Shown piece after piece: positions 9,150-18,904 of a DNA stretch of 52,262 nt; the first letter of the stretch is position 1, and the number at the start of each line of letters is the position of its first letter. The notes beneath the pieces are model-generated. The model was given only the letters and a program-made list of their open reading frames with translations. It was not told the origin of the DNA and did no database searches. A program made the position numbers and the translations under genes. Origin of the DNA: Bacilli bacterium (GTDB taxonomy: Bacteria; Bacillota_I; Bacilli_A; RFN20; CAG-826); NCBI GenBank assembly GCA_045597865.1, contig JAZLKX010000029.1:1-52262 (forward strand). The letters run 5' to 3'.

Positions 9150-10533
9150 TATTGCAGAACAAGAATATAAATACGGATTTAAAGACGAAGACACATCCAT
9201 TATTACAACCGGAAAAGGTTTGACTGAAGATGTTGTTCGTGAGATTTCACGTCTTAAAAACGAACCTGACTGGATGCTCGAATTCCGTCTCAAATCCTAC
9301 AAGGCATTTAAAGAGCTTCCTATGCCTTCTTTTGGTCCTGATTTATCATTCTTAGATTTTGATTCTTACACTTATTTCACAAGAAACTCTACTAAAGTAG
9401 AGAAAGACTGGGATAAAGTTCCAGACACAATTAAAAATACATTCCAAAAACTTGGCATTCCAGAAGCTGAACAAAAGTATCTTTCTGGCGTTACAACTCA
9501 ATATGAATCTGAGGCAGTTTATCATAATATGCTTAAGGAAGTTGAAGACAAAGGGGTTATCTTCTTATCAACTGACCAAGCAGTTCAAATGTGCCCAGAA
9601 ATTGTTAAGAAATATTTCAATACAGTCGTTCCATTTAGAGATAATAAATTCTCAGCATTAAATGGAGCAGTTTGGTCTGGCGGATCATTTATTTATGTTC
9701 CAAAAGGAGTCAAACTTGATAAACCTCTTCAATCTTATTTTAGAATTAATAATGAGAAGTCCGGACAATTCGAAAGAACTTTAATTATTGTTGATGAAGG
9801 CGCAGATGTCCACTATGTGGAAGGTTGCACTGCACCAATTTATTCAAAAGATTCTTTGCATGCTGCAGTTGTTGAAATTGTTGTATTAAAAGATGCACAT
9901 TGTAGATATTCTACAGTCCAAAACTGGTCGACTAACATTGTTAACCTTGTTACCAAACGTGCAAAAGTTATGGAAAACGGCCATATGGAATGGATTGATG
10001 GAAACGTCGGTTCTCAAACAAACATGAAGTATCCTGCTTGTATATTGGCAGGCGAAGGTGCTAAAGGCACCTGTATTTCAATCGCAGTTGCAGGCAAAGG
10101 CCAATATCAAGATGCTGGTGCTCGTATGATTCACCTTGCAAGCAACACAAGCTCAACAATCATTTCTAAATCAATTGTTAAAAATGGTGGTGTTGCAAAT
10201 TATCGTGGATCAGTTAAACACATGAAGAGTGCATTAAATTGTAAATCACATGTCGAATGTGACACATTGATTTTGGATGATATTTCAAAATCTGATACAA
10301 TTCCTACAAATTTGGTCCAAAATAATACTTCATTTATTGAACACGAAGCAACCGTTTCAAAGGTGAATGAAGATCAACTTTTCTACTTAATGAGTAGAGG
10401 TATCTCAAGAAAAGATGCAATTCAAATGATTATTATGGGATTTATTGAGCCATTCTCAAAAGAACTTCCAATGGAATACGCAGTTGAATTAAATCAACTT
10501 ATTAAGATGGATATGGAAGGAAGCGTCGGATAG
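9139..10533 (+). CDS. sufB: Fe-S cluster assembly protein SufB
   Basis: [39 protein letters not shown]...MEGSVG. Confidence 0.97.
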   Translation: MKNNIAEQEYKYGFKDEDTSIITTGKGLTEDVVREISRLKNEPDWMLEFRLKSYKAFKELPMPSFGPDLSFLDFDSYTYFTRNSTKVEKDWDKVPDTIKNTFQKLGIPEAEQKYLSGVTTQYESEAVYHNMLKEVEDKGVIFLSTDQAVQMCPEIVKKYFNTVVPFRDNKFSALNGAVWSGGSFIYVPKGVKLDKPLQSYFRINNEKSGQFERTLIIVDEGADVHYVEGCTAPIYSKDSLHAAVVEIVVLKDAHCRYSTVQNWSTNIVNLVTKRAKVMENGHMEWIDGNVGSQTNMKYPACILAGEGAKGTCISIAVAGKGQYQDAGARMIHLASNTSSTIISKSIVKNGGVANYRGSVKHMKSALNCKSHVECDTLILDDISKSDTIPTNLVQNNTSFIEHEATVSKVNEDQLFYLMSRGISRKDAIQMIIMGFIEPFSKELPMEYAVELNQLIKMDMEGSVG

Positions 10534-10535
10534 AC

Positions 10536-12407
10536 ATGAAAGCTTATGATGTAATTGTTGTTGGTGGTGGACACGCAGGTGTCGAAGCATGTGCTGCTAG
10601 TGCGCACATGGGTTTAAACACACTTTTAATTACATTAAATAAGAAGATGATTTCGAACATGCCTTGTAATCCATCAATTGGTGGTTCCGCTAAAGGCGTT
10701 GTTGTTCGTGAAATTGATGCTTTAGGTGGAATGATGGGCATTGCAGCTGACCATGAATATTTACAGATGAAGATGTTAAATACAGGTAAAGGTCCAGGTG
10801 TACAATGCTTAAGAGCACAAGAAGATAAATTTAATTACCCACATTATATGCAAGAGCTTCTCGATAAAATCGAGAATTTAGATATTTTAGAGGCTGAGGT
10901 AACCGGAATTCATCACGATGGTGAAATTGTTAATGGTGTCATTTTAAAAGACGGCACAGTGATTTCTTCAAAAGCAGTTGTTATCTCAACCGGAACCTAC
11001 ATGGAAGGTGCAATTTTAAGAGGTCACAAATCAGTGAGTGGTGGACCTGATGGAGAAAAACCATCAATCGGTCTTTCAAAATCACTTCAAGACATGGGTT
11101 TGGAGATTTTTAGACTCAAAACTGGCACCCCTCCAAGAATTAAAAAGAGCTCAATTGACTTCTCTAAAGCAACTCCACAATACGGAATGGAAGGCAATTA
11201 TGCTTTCTCATATTTAACAAAAGAATTTAAACCACTCAAAGAACAAGTTCTTTGTTGGTTGATTTATACAAACGAGAAAACTCATAAATTAATTACTGAT
11301 AACTTAGATAAAACTGCAACTTATAATGGACTTCAAACTGGTGTTGGACCACGCTATTGTCCATCAATCGAATCTAAGGTTATGACCTTCAGAGACAAGA
11401 AACGTCATCAACTTTTCCTTGAACCAGAATTTGCAGATGGAGAATCTATTTACTTACAAGGTTTCTCAACCGCAATGGAAGAAGAAATGCAAGTTAAAAT
11501 GGTTCACACTCTTGAAGGTATGGAACATGCAGAATTCTTAAAATATGCTTACGCTATTGAATATGATGCATTAGTTCCAACTCAATACGACTTAACTCTT
11601 AGAGTTAAAAAATATAAAGGTTTATATGGTGCAGGACAAATCTGCGGAACATCTGGCTATGAAGAGGCTGGAGGTCTTGGTTTAGTGGCTGGAATTAATG
11701 CTGCTTTATATGTCCAAGGAAAAGAACCATTTATCCTAAAAAGAAACGAATCCTATATTGGCGTTATGATTGACGATATTGTCACAAAAGGAACACTTGA
11801 ACCATACCGTCTTTTATCTTCACGTGCTGAGTACAGATTATTGCTTCGTCACGACAATGCTGATGTGCGTTTAACACCATATGGTTATAAGCTTGGTTTA
11901 ATCTCAGAAGAACGTTATCAAAACTTCGTAAAAAAGAACGAAAACGTGCAAAAAGCTATTGAAATCCTGGGTAAAATTCATTTAGGTTCATCTAAGAAAG
12001 TCAATGATTATCTTACCTCAAAAGGCCTTGAAACACTTAAGGCCGGAGTCTCTGGAATTGAGTTCTATAAACGTCCAGAAATTCATTACGAAAACATCTG
12101 TGATTTGATTCCAGAAATTAAAGAAATTGAACTTGATTTTGTAGGCGTCGCTCAGCTTGAAATTTCAGTTAAATATGAGGGCTACATTAAACGTGAATTA
12201 AATGAAGCAAATTCGTTTGCAAAATTTGAAAATTATTCTATTCCAGAGGGTATAGATTACTTACATATGCATGGACTCGCATTGGAAGCACGTCAAAAAC
12301 TTGATAAAATAAGACCAACAACTGTTGGACAAGCCGGAAGAATTTCTGGAATTAACCCAGCAGACATTTCAATCTTAATTTTAAACTTAAAGAGAATGGC
12401 AAAATGA
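10536..12407 (+). CDS. mnmG: tRNA uridine-5-carboxymethylaminomethyl modification enzyme MnmG (GidA)
   Basis: GGGHAGVEA, MPCNPSIGG, RLKTGTPPR, GPRYCPSIE, GTSGYEEA, SRAEYRL. Confidence 0.97.
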   Translation: MKAYDVIVVGGGHAGVEACAASAHMGLNTLLITLNKKMISNMPCNPSIGGSAKGVVVREIDALGGMMGIAADHEYLQMKMLNTGKGPGVQCLRAQEDKFNYPHYMQELLDKIENLDILEAEVTGIHHDGEIVNGVILKDGTVISSKAVVISTGTYMEGAILRGHKSVSGGPDGEKPSIGLSKSLQDMGLEIFRLKTGTPPRIKKSSIDFSKATPQYGMEGNYAFSYLTKEFKPLKEQVLCWLIYTNEKTHKLITDNLDKTATYNGLQTGVGPRYCPSIESKVMTFRDKKRHQLFLEPEFADGESIYLQGFSTAMEEEMQVKMVHTLEGMEHAEFLKYAYAIEYDALVPTQYDLTLRVKKYKGLYGAGQICGTSGYEEAGGLGLVAGINAALYVQGKEPFILKRNESYIGVMIDDIVTKGTLEPYRLLSSRAEYRLLLRHDNADVRLTPYGYKLGLISEERYQNFVKKNENVQKAIEILGKIHLGSSKKVNDYLTSKGLETLKAGVSGIEFYKRPEIHYENICDLIPEIKEIELDFVGVAQLEISVKYEGYIKRELNEANSFAKFENYSIPEGIDYLHMHGLALEARQKLDKIRPTTVGQAGRISGINPADISILILNLKRMAK

Positions 12408-13078
12408 AATTACTAGAAGAATTTGGATTAAATAAAGAACAAATTAACAAATTTGAGAAGTATTTATCTCTTCTTTTAGAATGGAATGAAAAATTCAATT
12501 TAACTGCCATTACTGATAAAGATCAAATTGAAGAAAAACACTTTGTGGATTCTTTAATGTTAATAAAATACACAGACCTCAAAGAAAAATCTTTAATTGA
12601 TATTGGTTCAGGTGCTGGATTCCCAGGCATTGCTTTAGCAATTGGAGAACCTGAACTCAAGGTTACTTTATTAGAATCAAACGGAAAGAAAGTTTCATTC
12701 TTGAAAGAGGTCGTTAAAGAATTAGAACTTTCAAATGTTAAAATTATTCAAGGAAGAGCTGAAGAACTTGGCACTAGAGAGAATTATGACATTGTTACTG
12801 CTCGTGCCGTTAAAGAGTTAAATGTTTTACTCGAAATTAGTTATTATCTTTTGAAGGTTGGCGGAACCTTCTTTGCATATAAAGCAAGCAACATTGATAA
12901 CGAAATCGAGAACGCCAAACATGCATTCAAATGTCTTCAAATTGATGGCTTTAACAAGATTGAATATAACCTTCCAAAATCAAAAGATAATCGAGTTTTG
13001 CTGGGAATTTTGAAGAAAAACAAGACTTTAAAGAAGTACCCAAGACGTTATGGAGAAATAGTTAAATCACCTTTATAA
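12404..13078 (+). CDS. rsmG: 16S rRNA m7G527 methyltransferase RsmG (GidB)
   Basis: WNEKFNLTAI, KHFVDS, DIGSGAGFPG, VTARAV; follows mnmG. Confidence 0.95.
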   Translation: MKLLEEFGLNKEQINKFEKYLSLLLEWNEKFNLTAITDKDQIEEKHFVDSLMLIKYTDLKEKSLIDIGSGAGFPGIALAIGEPELKVTLLESNGKKVSFLKEVVKELELSNVKIIQGRAEELGTRENYDIVTARAVKELNVLLEISYYLLKVGGTFFAYKASNIDNEIENAKHAFKCLQIDGFNKIEYNLPKSKDNRVLLGILKKNKTLKKYPRRYGEIVKSPL

Positions 13079-13100
13079 AAGTTGTGATATAATATTAACA

Positions 13101-13204
13101 GTTTCAGGGCAGGGTGTAATTCCCGACCGGCGGTAAACTCCGCGAGTCGAAAGGTTGATCTAGTGCAATTCTAGAAGCGACAGTAAAGTCTGGATGGTAG
13201 AAAC
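13101..13204 (+). ncRNA. FMN riboswitch (RFN element)
   Basis: CAGGGCAGGGTGTAATTCCCGACCGGCGGT...CCGCGA...GATCTAGTGCAATTCTAGA..CGACAGTAAAGTCTGGATG matches FMN aptamer consensus; extended -10 TGATATAAT (13085-13093) upstream; ribU downstream. Confidence 0.95.
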
Positions 13205-13217
13205 ATTTTAGAAAAAT

Positions 13218-13242
13218 TGCCTTGAACGAAAGGCATTTTTTT
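13218..13242 (+). terminator. Riboswitch expression-platform hairpin
   Basis: TGCCTT/AAGGCA stem plus T7 ending directly at the ribU ATG. Confidence 0.7.
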
Positions 13243-13932
13243 ATGGATATTAAGTTACTTATATTTGGAATCCTAATGATAGCTTTCGTTTTTGTGTTTT
13301 TAAAAGTCTATTTTAAAGAAAAACAAGAAACGAAATACAAAATTACAACAAAAAACATTGTTAGAGTTGGTATTTTTGGAGCTATCGCAGCAATTCTTTA
13401 CATTTTAGTAAAGTTCCCAGTTCCATTTTTGCCGCCTTTCTTAGAATTTCATTTTGATGAAGTTCCTGTTTTAATTGCATCATTTGCTTATGGACCAATT
13501 CCAGGACTTTGCGTATTGTTTATAAAAACAATAATTAAGCTTCCATTCACCAATTCATTAGGTGTTGGAGAAATTTCTGACTTAATTTATGGTGCAGCTT
13601 TAATTCTTCCTGCAGCAATTCTTTATAAGAAGAATAGAAAATTCAAATCCGTAATTGTTGGATTAGGAATCGGCTGTGTTTTAGAGATAGCGGTTTCATT
13701 AGTCCTAAATATTTACCTTATGATCCCATTCTACATGAATATGATGGAATTTTCTGAGGAGGCAATTCTTCAATTATGTCAGATGGCAAATCCAGCGATA
13801 GTGGATGTTAAATGGAGTTATGGTTTGATTGCAGTCCTTCCATTTAACTTAATAAAAAATGTCGCAATCATAATTCTTACAATTGCAACATATAAATCTA
13901 CACATAGGTTTATTGATAAATTACAAAACTAA
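13243..13932 (+). CDS. ribU: ECF transporter S component, riboflavin (RibU)
   Basis: FP.PFLPPFLEF.F.EVP.LI..FAYGP..G, GVGE, PFNLIK motifs; under FMN riboswitch; start at ATG 13243. Confidence 0.9.
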   Translation: MDIKLLIFGILMIAFVFVFLKVYFKEKQETKYKITTKNIVRVGIFGAIAAILYILVKFPVPFLPPFLEFHFDEVPVLIASFAYGPIPGLCVLFIKTIIKLPFTNSLGVGEISDLIYGAALILPAAILYKKNRKFKSVIVGLGIGCVLEIAVSLVLNIYLMIPFYMNMMEFSEEAILQLCQMANPAIVDVKWSYGLIAVLPFNLIKNVAIIILTIATYKSTHRFIDKLQN

Positions 13933-13965
13933 AGAAAAAACCATCCAAAGGATGGTTATTTTTCT
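13933..13965. terminator. Bidirectional terminator between ribU and ferredoxin
   Basis: AACCATCC-AAA-GGATGGTT flanked by A and T tracts. Confidence 0.7.
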
Positions 13966-13979
13966 ATTTTAATCAATAA

Positions 13980-14147
13980 TTATTCGACGTCGATAGCACC
14001 GAATGGACATTCAAATCCGAGTTCACCGTCTACATCGGCAACTGCTTTTGCGTGTCCATCATCATCAAACTCGAACACTTCTGGGCGTGAACCGACACAA
14101 AGGCCGCATGAACCGCAGAGTTCTGGATTAACTTTTACTTTTGGCAT
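13980..14147 (-). CDS. fer: Monocluster [4Fe-4S] ferredoxin, 55 aa (absent from ORF track)
   Basis: Translated by hand: MPKVKVNPELCGSCGLCVGSRPEVFEFDDDGHAKAVADVDGELGFECPFGAIDVE*; CxxCxxC...CP motif; GGGGG RBS; TTGATA-17-TATAAT promoter (14171-14199); next to ribU as fer is in Bacillus. Confidence 0.93.
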   Translation of the reverse strand: MPKVKVNPELCGSCGLCVGSRPEVFEFDDDGHAKAVADVDGELGFECPFGAIDVE

Positions 14148-14254
14148 GATTTTTACCCCCGCTGCGAATTATTATATAAAAAATATAAATACATATCAAT
14201 AAAACTTAAAAAAATTATTCATATGTGATAACATATCTCGCAGAAGGATTTGGT

Positions 14255-14557
14255 ATGACTAGAGTTGAAAAATTTCGACGTTATCGTGAAGAGATTGCAA
14301 ACATGAAATTTGAATCTTCTTCATCTAAAAAGACACTTTCTGAAACCGTTGAAAGAATGTGTGTTGATAATGACAGTTCTAAACTAAATTATGAACAAGT
14401 TCTTGATGTATTTGATACTTATGATCCAGATGCAAAAGATACGAAAAGAAAACATCATTTTAAGTTAAGAAAAAACCAAATCATTTATTGGTCGATTGCA
14501 GCAGTAGTTATACTTGCATTAGTAATTGCAATCATCGTTGTAGCAAGTAATTTGTAA
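14255..14557 (+). CDS. Hypothetical protein with single C-terminal transmembrane anchor
   Basis: MTRVEKF...; hydrophobic C-terminal helix; AAGGA upstream of ATG 14255; first gene of cmk-der unit. Confidence 0.7.
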   Translation: MTRVEKFRRYREEIANMKFESSSSKKTLSETVERMCVDNDSSKLNYEQVLDVFDTYDPDAKDTKRKHHFKLRKNQIIYWSIAAVVILALVIAIIVVASNL

Positions 14558-14569
14558 GGAGAAAACAAG

Positions 14570-15238
14570 ATGAAAAAAGTTGTTATTGCTGTTGATGGTC
14601 CAGCAGCCGCAGGAAAGTCCACAATTTCAAAAATAATCGCGAAAAAGCTAGGATTTACATATATTGACACAGGTGCAATGTACCGCGCTTTTACCGAATA
14701 TGTTTTAAGAAAAGGCGTTAATCCACAAGATGAAAAAGCTTGTTGCGCACTTATTCCAGAGGTTGAAATTGAGCTATTCCCAGATGGCAAAGTTATGTGT
14801 TCTGGAAAAGATGTAACAAGAGAAATTCGTGAGCCACATGTTTCAGGAAATGTTAGCTACATTGCTTCTTACAAAGACATTAGATTAGCAATGGTTGACC
14901 TTCAGAGAAAAATGGCTGAAAAAGTTTCCGTTGTTATGGATGGAAGGGACATTGGAACATATGTTTTCCCAAATGCTGATGTTAAAGTTTTCCAAATCGC
15001 ATCAGTTGAAGAAAGAGCAAAACGTCGTTTTAAAGAAAATCAAGAAAAAGGAATTCCTTGTACACTTGAAGACATCATTGAAGATGTTAAAAAACGTGAT
15101 CGTATCGATTCAAGTAGAGCGTTTGCTCCACTTAAACCTGCAGAAGATTCAATTGAATTAGATACTTCTAATTTAAATATTGAAGAATCAGCAGAAGCAA
15201 TGTTAAAAATTATTTTTGATAAAACAGGAATTAGATAA
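14570..15238 (+). CDS. cmk: Cytidylate kinase
   Basis: AVDGPAAAGKST, DTGAMYRA, MDGRDIGT, RDRIDSSR..APL. Confidence 0.96.
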   Translation: MKKVVIAVDGPAAAGKSTISKIIAKKLGFTYIDTGAMYRAFTEYVLRKGVNPQDEKACCALIPEVEIELFPDGKVMCSGKDVTREIREPHVSGNVSYIASYKDIRLAMVDLQRKMAEKVSVVMDGRDIGTYVFPNADVKVFQIASVEERAKRRFKENQEKGIPCTLEDIIEDVKKRDRIDSSRAFAPLKPAEDSIELDTSNLNIEESAEAMLKIIFDKTGIR

Positions 15239-16545
15239 TGAGTTTAGGAGTAGTCGCAATTGTTGGTAGCCCAAACGTAGGGAAATCTACGATTTTTAAT
15301 CGTATCGTTGGAAGAAGACGCGCAATTGTTGATGACCAACCTGGTGTAACTCGTGATCGTCTCTATGAGACTGCTGAATGGTTGGATAGAGAATTTCGTT
15401 TAGTTGATACTGGCGGAATTGAAATTGAAAATAGACCATTCCAAGAACAAATAAGAGTTCAAACACAACTTGCAATGGACGAAGCAGATGTAATTATCTT
15501 TGTCGCTGATGGCAAAAAGGGTGTTACAAAAGATGATCGTTTCGTTGCAAAAATGTTATATAAGTTCAATAAACCAGTTATTTTGGCTGTCAATAAAATT
15601 GACAACCAAGATATGTTAACAAACCTTGGTGAATTTTATTCTCTTGGCTTAGGTGAACCAATTGCAACTTCTGGTGAACACGGCATTGGAATAGGTGATA
15701 TTTTGGACAAAATCATTAAGTCTTTACCTAATGATAAAGAAGTCGTTTATGACGACGCAATAACATTCTCAATTATTGGTCGCCCAAACGTTGGAAAGTC
15801 ATCTCTTGTAAACTCTATTCTTAAAAAAGAAAGAGTTATTGTTTCCAATATTGTTGGAACAACGCGTGATTCTATCGATACACGCTTTACAAGAGACGGA
15901 AATGATTTTGTGGTTATAGATACTGCTGGACTAAAAAAACGTGGCAAGATTTATGAGTCTGTAGATAAGTATTCTATGCTTCGTGCTTTAGCAGCAGTCG
16001 ATAGAAGCGAAATTGTTCTTCTTGTGATTGATGCCAACGAAGGAATTATTGAACAAGACAAGCATGTTGTTGGCTATGCAATTGAGAAAAAGAAAGCTGT
16101 TATTATTGTTGTTAACAAGTGGGATTTAGTGAAGAAAGAACAAAATACTCAAGCAGAATTTGAAAAGAAAATTCGTAATCAATTCCAATTCTTAGAGTAC
16201 GCACCAATTGTCTTTGTCTCTGCTAAGACATCAAGTAGAGTTGATACAATTTTTGATAAAATCAAAATGGTTCATGAAGCTTATGATACACACATTTCAA
16301 CTTCATTACTTAACCAAGTCGTTCAAGATGCTCAACTAATGAATGAAGCTCCAGATTTCAATGGTGGAAGACTAAAGATTTACTTTGTAAATCAAGCAAA
16401 TTCTTGTCCTCCAACATTTGTGTTGTTTGTAAATAAACCAAAATATGCGCATTTCTCTTATCTTAGATATATTGAGAATAGACTTAGATCCTCGTTCAAT
16501 TTGGATGGAACTCCAATAGAACTGGTTCTAAGAGAGAGAGTTTAA
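15238..16545 (+). CDS. der: Ribosome biogenesis GTPase Der (EngA)
   Basis: Two tandem G domains (GSPNVGKST/DTGG/NKID; GRPNVGKSS/DTAG/NKWD) and KH-like C-terminus. Confidence 0.97.
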   Translation: MSLGVVAIVGSPNVGKSTIFNRIVGRRRAIVDDQPGVTRDRLYETAEWLDREFRLVDTGGIEIENRPFQEQIRVQTQLAMDEADVIIFVADGKKGVTKDDRFVAKMLYKFNKPVILAVNKIDNQDMLTNLGEFYSLGLGEPIATSGEHGIGIGDILDKIIKSLPNDKEVVYDDAITFSIIGRPNVGKSSLVNSILKKERVIVSNIVGTTRDSIDTRFTRDGNDFVVIDTAGLKKRGKIYESVDKYSMLRALAAVDRSEIVLLVIDANEGIIEQDKHVVGYAIEKKKAVIIVVNKWDLVKKEQNTQAEFEKKIRNQFQFLEYAPIVFVSAKTSSRVDTIFDKIKMVHEAYDTHISTSLLNQVVQDAQLMNEAPDFNGGRLKIYFVNQANSCPPTFVLFVNKPKYAHFSYLRYIENRLRSSFNLDGTPIELVLRERV

Positions 16546-16547
16546 TT

Positions 16548-16574
16548 AAAAGTCCGATAATATCGGGCTTTTTT
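16548..16574 (+). terminator. Intrinsic terminator of der
   Basis: AAGTCCGAT-AAT-ATCGGGCTT stem plus T tract. Confidence 0.75.
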
Positions 16575-16660
16575 ATTGAAAAATATTATTGGTTAATGTT
16601 GTTTAGTTTACTAAACGAAAAATATTTGTTATTATACTAGCAATAGAAGGAGACTTTCTC

Positions 16661-16936
16661 ATGAATAGAGCGGAATTAGTTTTAGCTGTTAGTGAAAAAA
16701 CGGGTTACCCAAAAGCTGATGTTGAATTAATTGTCGATGAATTCTTTAGCATTGTTGAACAAAAAATTGTTAGGGGAGAGGAAATTAAAATCTCTAACTT
16801 CGGTGTCTTCTACAAGAAGGAGAGACTTGCAAGAAAAGGAACAAATCCATCTGATGGAACTCCAATTATCATTCCTGCAAATAGCACCGTTGGATTTAGA
16901 CCTTCTAAGATTATCAAAGCAAAAGTTAATAAATAA
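16661..16936 (+). CDS. hup: HU-family DNA-binding protein
   Basis: MN..EL...V, NFGVF...ER.AR.G.NP..G..I.IPA...V.FRPSK; strong AGGAG RBS; follows der. Confidence 0.93.
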   Translation: MNRAELVLAVSEKTGYPKADVELIVDEFFSIVEQKIVRGEEIKISNFGVFYKKERLARKGTNPSDGTPIIIPANSTVGFRPSKIIKAKVNK

Positions 16937-16952
16937 CACTTGCTTAAGATGG

Positions 16953-16980
16953 AAAAGGTGCTCTAATAAAGCGCCTTTTT
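16953..16980 (+). terminator. Terminator after HU gene
   Basis: AAAAGGTGCT...AGCGCCTTTT. Confidence 0.6.
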
Positions 16981-16991
16981 ATTAACCTAAA

Positions 16992-17603
16992 ATGAACAAA
17001 GAAACATTTACAAAATTAGTTAGCATTTTCAAAGAAAATGGTTATCGCCTTTATATGATTGGCGGAACAACCAGAGACTATTTACTTGGTCTTGATGTTT
17101 TTGATTTTGATTTTGTTACAGATGCAACTCCTGAAGAAATAAAAGTTTTCTTACCAGATGCTGATTTTACTTTTGCAAAATTTGGTTCAGTTAGAGTTAA
17201 AGTAGATGGCGTTAAAGTTGATGTCACTACTCTAAGAGTAGAAGAAGACTATGAAGACTTTAGACACCCAGGAAAAATTAGATTTGTAAAAACTGTTGAT
17301 GAAGATTATGTAAGAAGAGACTTCACAATTAATGCAATTTATATTGATGAAGACTTTAAAGTCATTGATCCATCCAATGGTTTAGAAGATTTAAATAATA
17401 AGCTAATTCGTTTCATCGGAAATCCGGAAAAGCGAATTAAAGAGGACCCACTTCGTATTTTAAGAGCAAAAAGATTTGCTAATAAATTAGGATTTAAAAT
17501 CGAAGAAAACTCACAAAAAGCTATGGAAAAACTCAGTTATTTATTGGATAAACTTAATCCAGATAAAATTAAAGAAGAAGAAAGAAAAAGCAAGTCTCAT
17601 TAA
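16992..17603 (+). CDS. cca: Class II tRNA nucleotidyltransferase (CCA-adding), C-terminally short (203 aa)
   Basis: GG..RD.LLG..DFD, RRDFTINA, EDPLRILRA.RF motifs; stops right after neck region. Confidence 0.85.
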   Translation: MNKETFTKLVSIFKENGYRLYMIGGTTRDYLLGLDVFDFDFVTDATPEEIKVFLPDADFTFAKFGSVRVKVDGVKVDVTTLRVEEDYEDFRHPGKIRFVKTVDEDYVRRDFTINAIYIDEDFKVIDPSNGLEDLNNKLIRFIGNPEKRIKEDPLRILRAKRFANKLGFKIEENSQKAMEKLSYLLDKLNPDKIKEEERKSKSH

Positions 17604-17649
17604 ATATTTATTTAATTATTAAAAGATTTGTATTAGAATATTGCTCACT

Positions 17650-18297
17650 ATGTCAAGCGCACAAATGGAAGCATTAGACTTCCGCTACCTCTTATTAGAA
17701 TATTACAAGAAGCTCAGAATTACTGAGAATGAGCTTTCTGTTATTTTAATGATTGATCATTTGCTTGGACAAAAGAATTCTTTGATTACACCAGACATTC
17801 TTTGTTTAAAGATGAATCTTTCTATTAAAGAATTAGACAAAATTTTTGTCGACTTAATGGAAAAGGGTTATTTACTTTTTGATACAGGAAAGAAAATTAA
17901 AGTTTCTTTAAAACCACTTCAAAAGAAGTTGCTTGAAGCATTTGAAGCTGAGCTTGCTCAAGAAAATGAAATTAATTCATCAATTGAAAAAGCTGCTTCG
18001 CTAAAACAAATTTATGTAGAATACGAAAAATTATTAAAGAGAACCTTATCTCCAATTGAAATTTCTATCATTAATGATTGGAATTCTCGCGGTTATACAC
18101 CTGCTCAAATTATTGATGCATTAAAGGAATGTCTTTCCAAGGGAAAGAAAACATTCAAATCAATTGATAAAGTCTTACTTCAATGGCAAACAAGAGATGA
18201 CATTGAAAAGGCTGGAGTAAGTGCAACAAGCGATAAGTGGGACAAAAATATTGAAAAGACATTAAAAATTGCAAAGGCAAAATGGATCGATGATTAA
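17650..18297 (+). CDS. dnaD: DnaD-family replication protein
   Basis: LL..YKKL.I.E.E, LSPIE...I.DW...GY....I..AL.E.....K..F..IDK.L..W; upstream of nth. Confidence 0.85.
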   Translation: MSSAQMEALDFRYLLLEYYKKLRITENELSVILMIDHLLGQKNSLITPDILCLKMNLSIKELDKIFVDLMEKGYLLFDTGKKIKVSLKPLQKKLLEAFEAELAQENEINSSIEKAASLKQIYVEYEKLLKRTLSPIEISIINDWNSRGYTPAQIIDALKECLSKGKKTFKSIDKVLLQWQTRDDIEKAGVSATSDKWDKNIEKTLKIAKAKWIDD

Positions 18298-18904
18298 TAA
18301 AGAATTAATTCTTTCATATTTAGATGAAAAATATCCAAATGCTTACTGTGAATTAAAATACACAAAAGATTATGAATTATTAATAGCAGTTATGCTTTCA
18401 GCACAGACAACTGATAAGTCTGTTAACGAAGCGACTGCTATTTTATTTAAAAAATATCCAACTTGTGAAGATTTAGCTAAGGCTAATCCTTATGATGTTC
18501 AAAGAATTATTTCACATTTAGGAATGTATCAAGTTAAAGCAAAAAACGTTATTAAAATCGCTCAAAGATTAATACAAGATTACGGTGGTCATGTTCCTAA
18601 TGATGCAGAAGCATTACTTTCTCTTCCTGGTGTAGGAAACAAAACCAAGAATTGTGTTTTAGCTGAACTTTATAATGAACCTCTTCTGGCAGTTGATACT
18701 CACATGCAAAGATTTGCAAAGAGAATGGGCATCGCAAACGAGAAAGATTCTGTTGAAGTTATTGAAGAGAAATATCTTAAATTTATACCAAAAGAAAGAA
18801 TAGTAAAAACTAACCATCAAATCATCTGGTTTGGTAGATATTTCTGCAAAGCCATTTCACCTGATTGTGAACATTGCAAATTACGTGAAATATGCAGGAA
18901 ATAG
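18290..18904 (+). CDS. nth: Endonuclease III
   Basis: LLIAVMLSAQTTD, HhH LPGVG.KT, AVDTH, C-x6-C-x2-C-x5-C cluster. Confidence 0.95.
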   Translation: MINKELILSYLDEKYPNAYCELKYTKDYELLIAVMLSAQTTDKSVNEATAILFKKYPTCEDLAKANPYDVQRIISHLGMYQVKAKNVIKIAQRLIQDYGGHVPNDAEALLSLPGVGNKTKNCVLAELYNEPLLAVDTHMQRFAKRMGIANEKDSVEVIEEKYLKFIPKERIVKTNHQIIWFGRYFCKAISPDCEHCKLREICRK

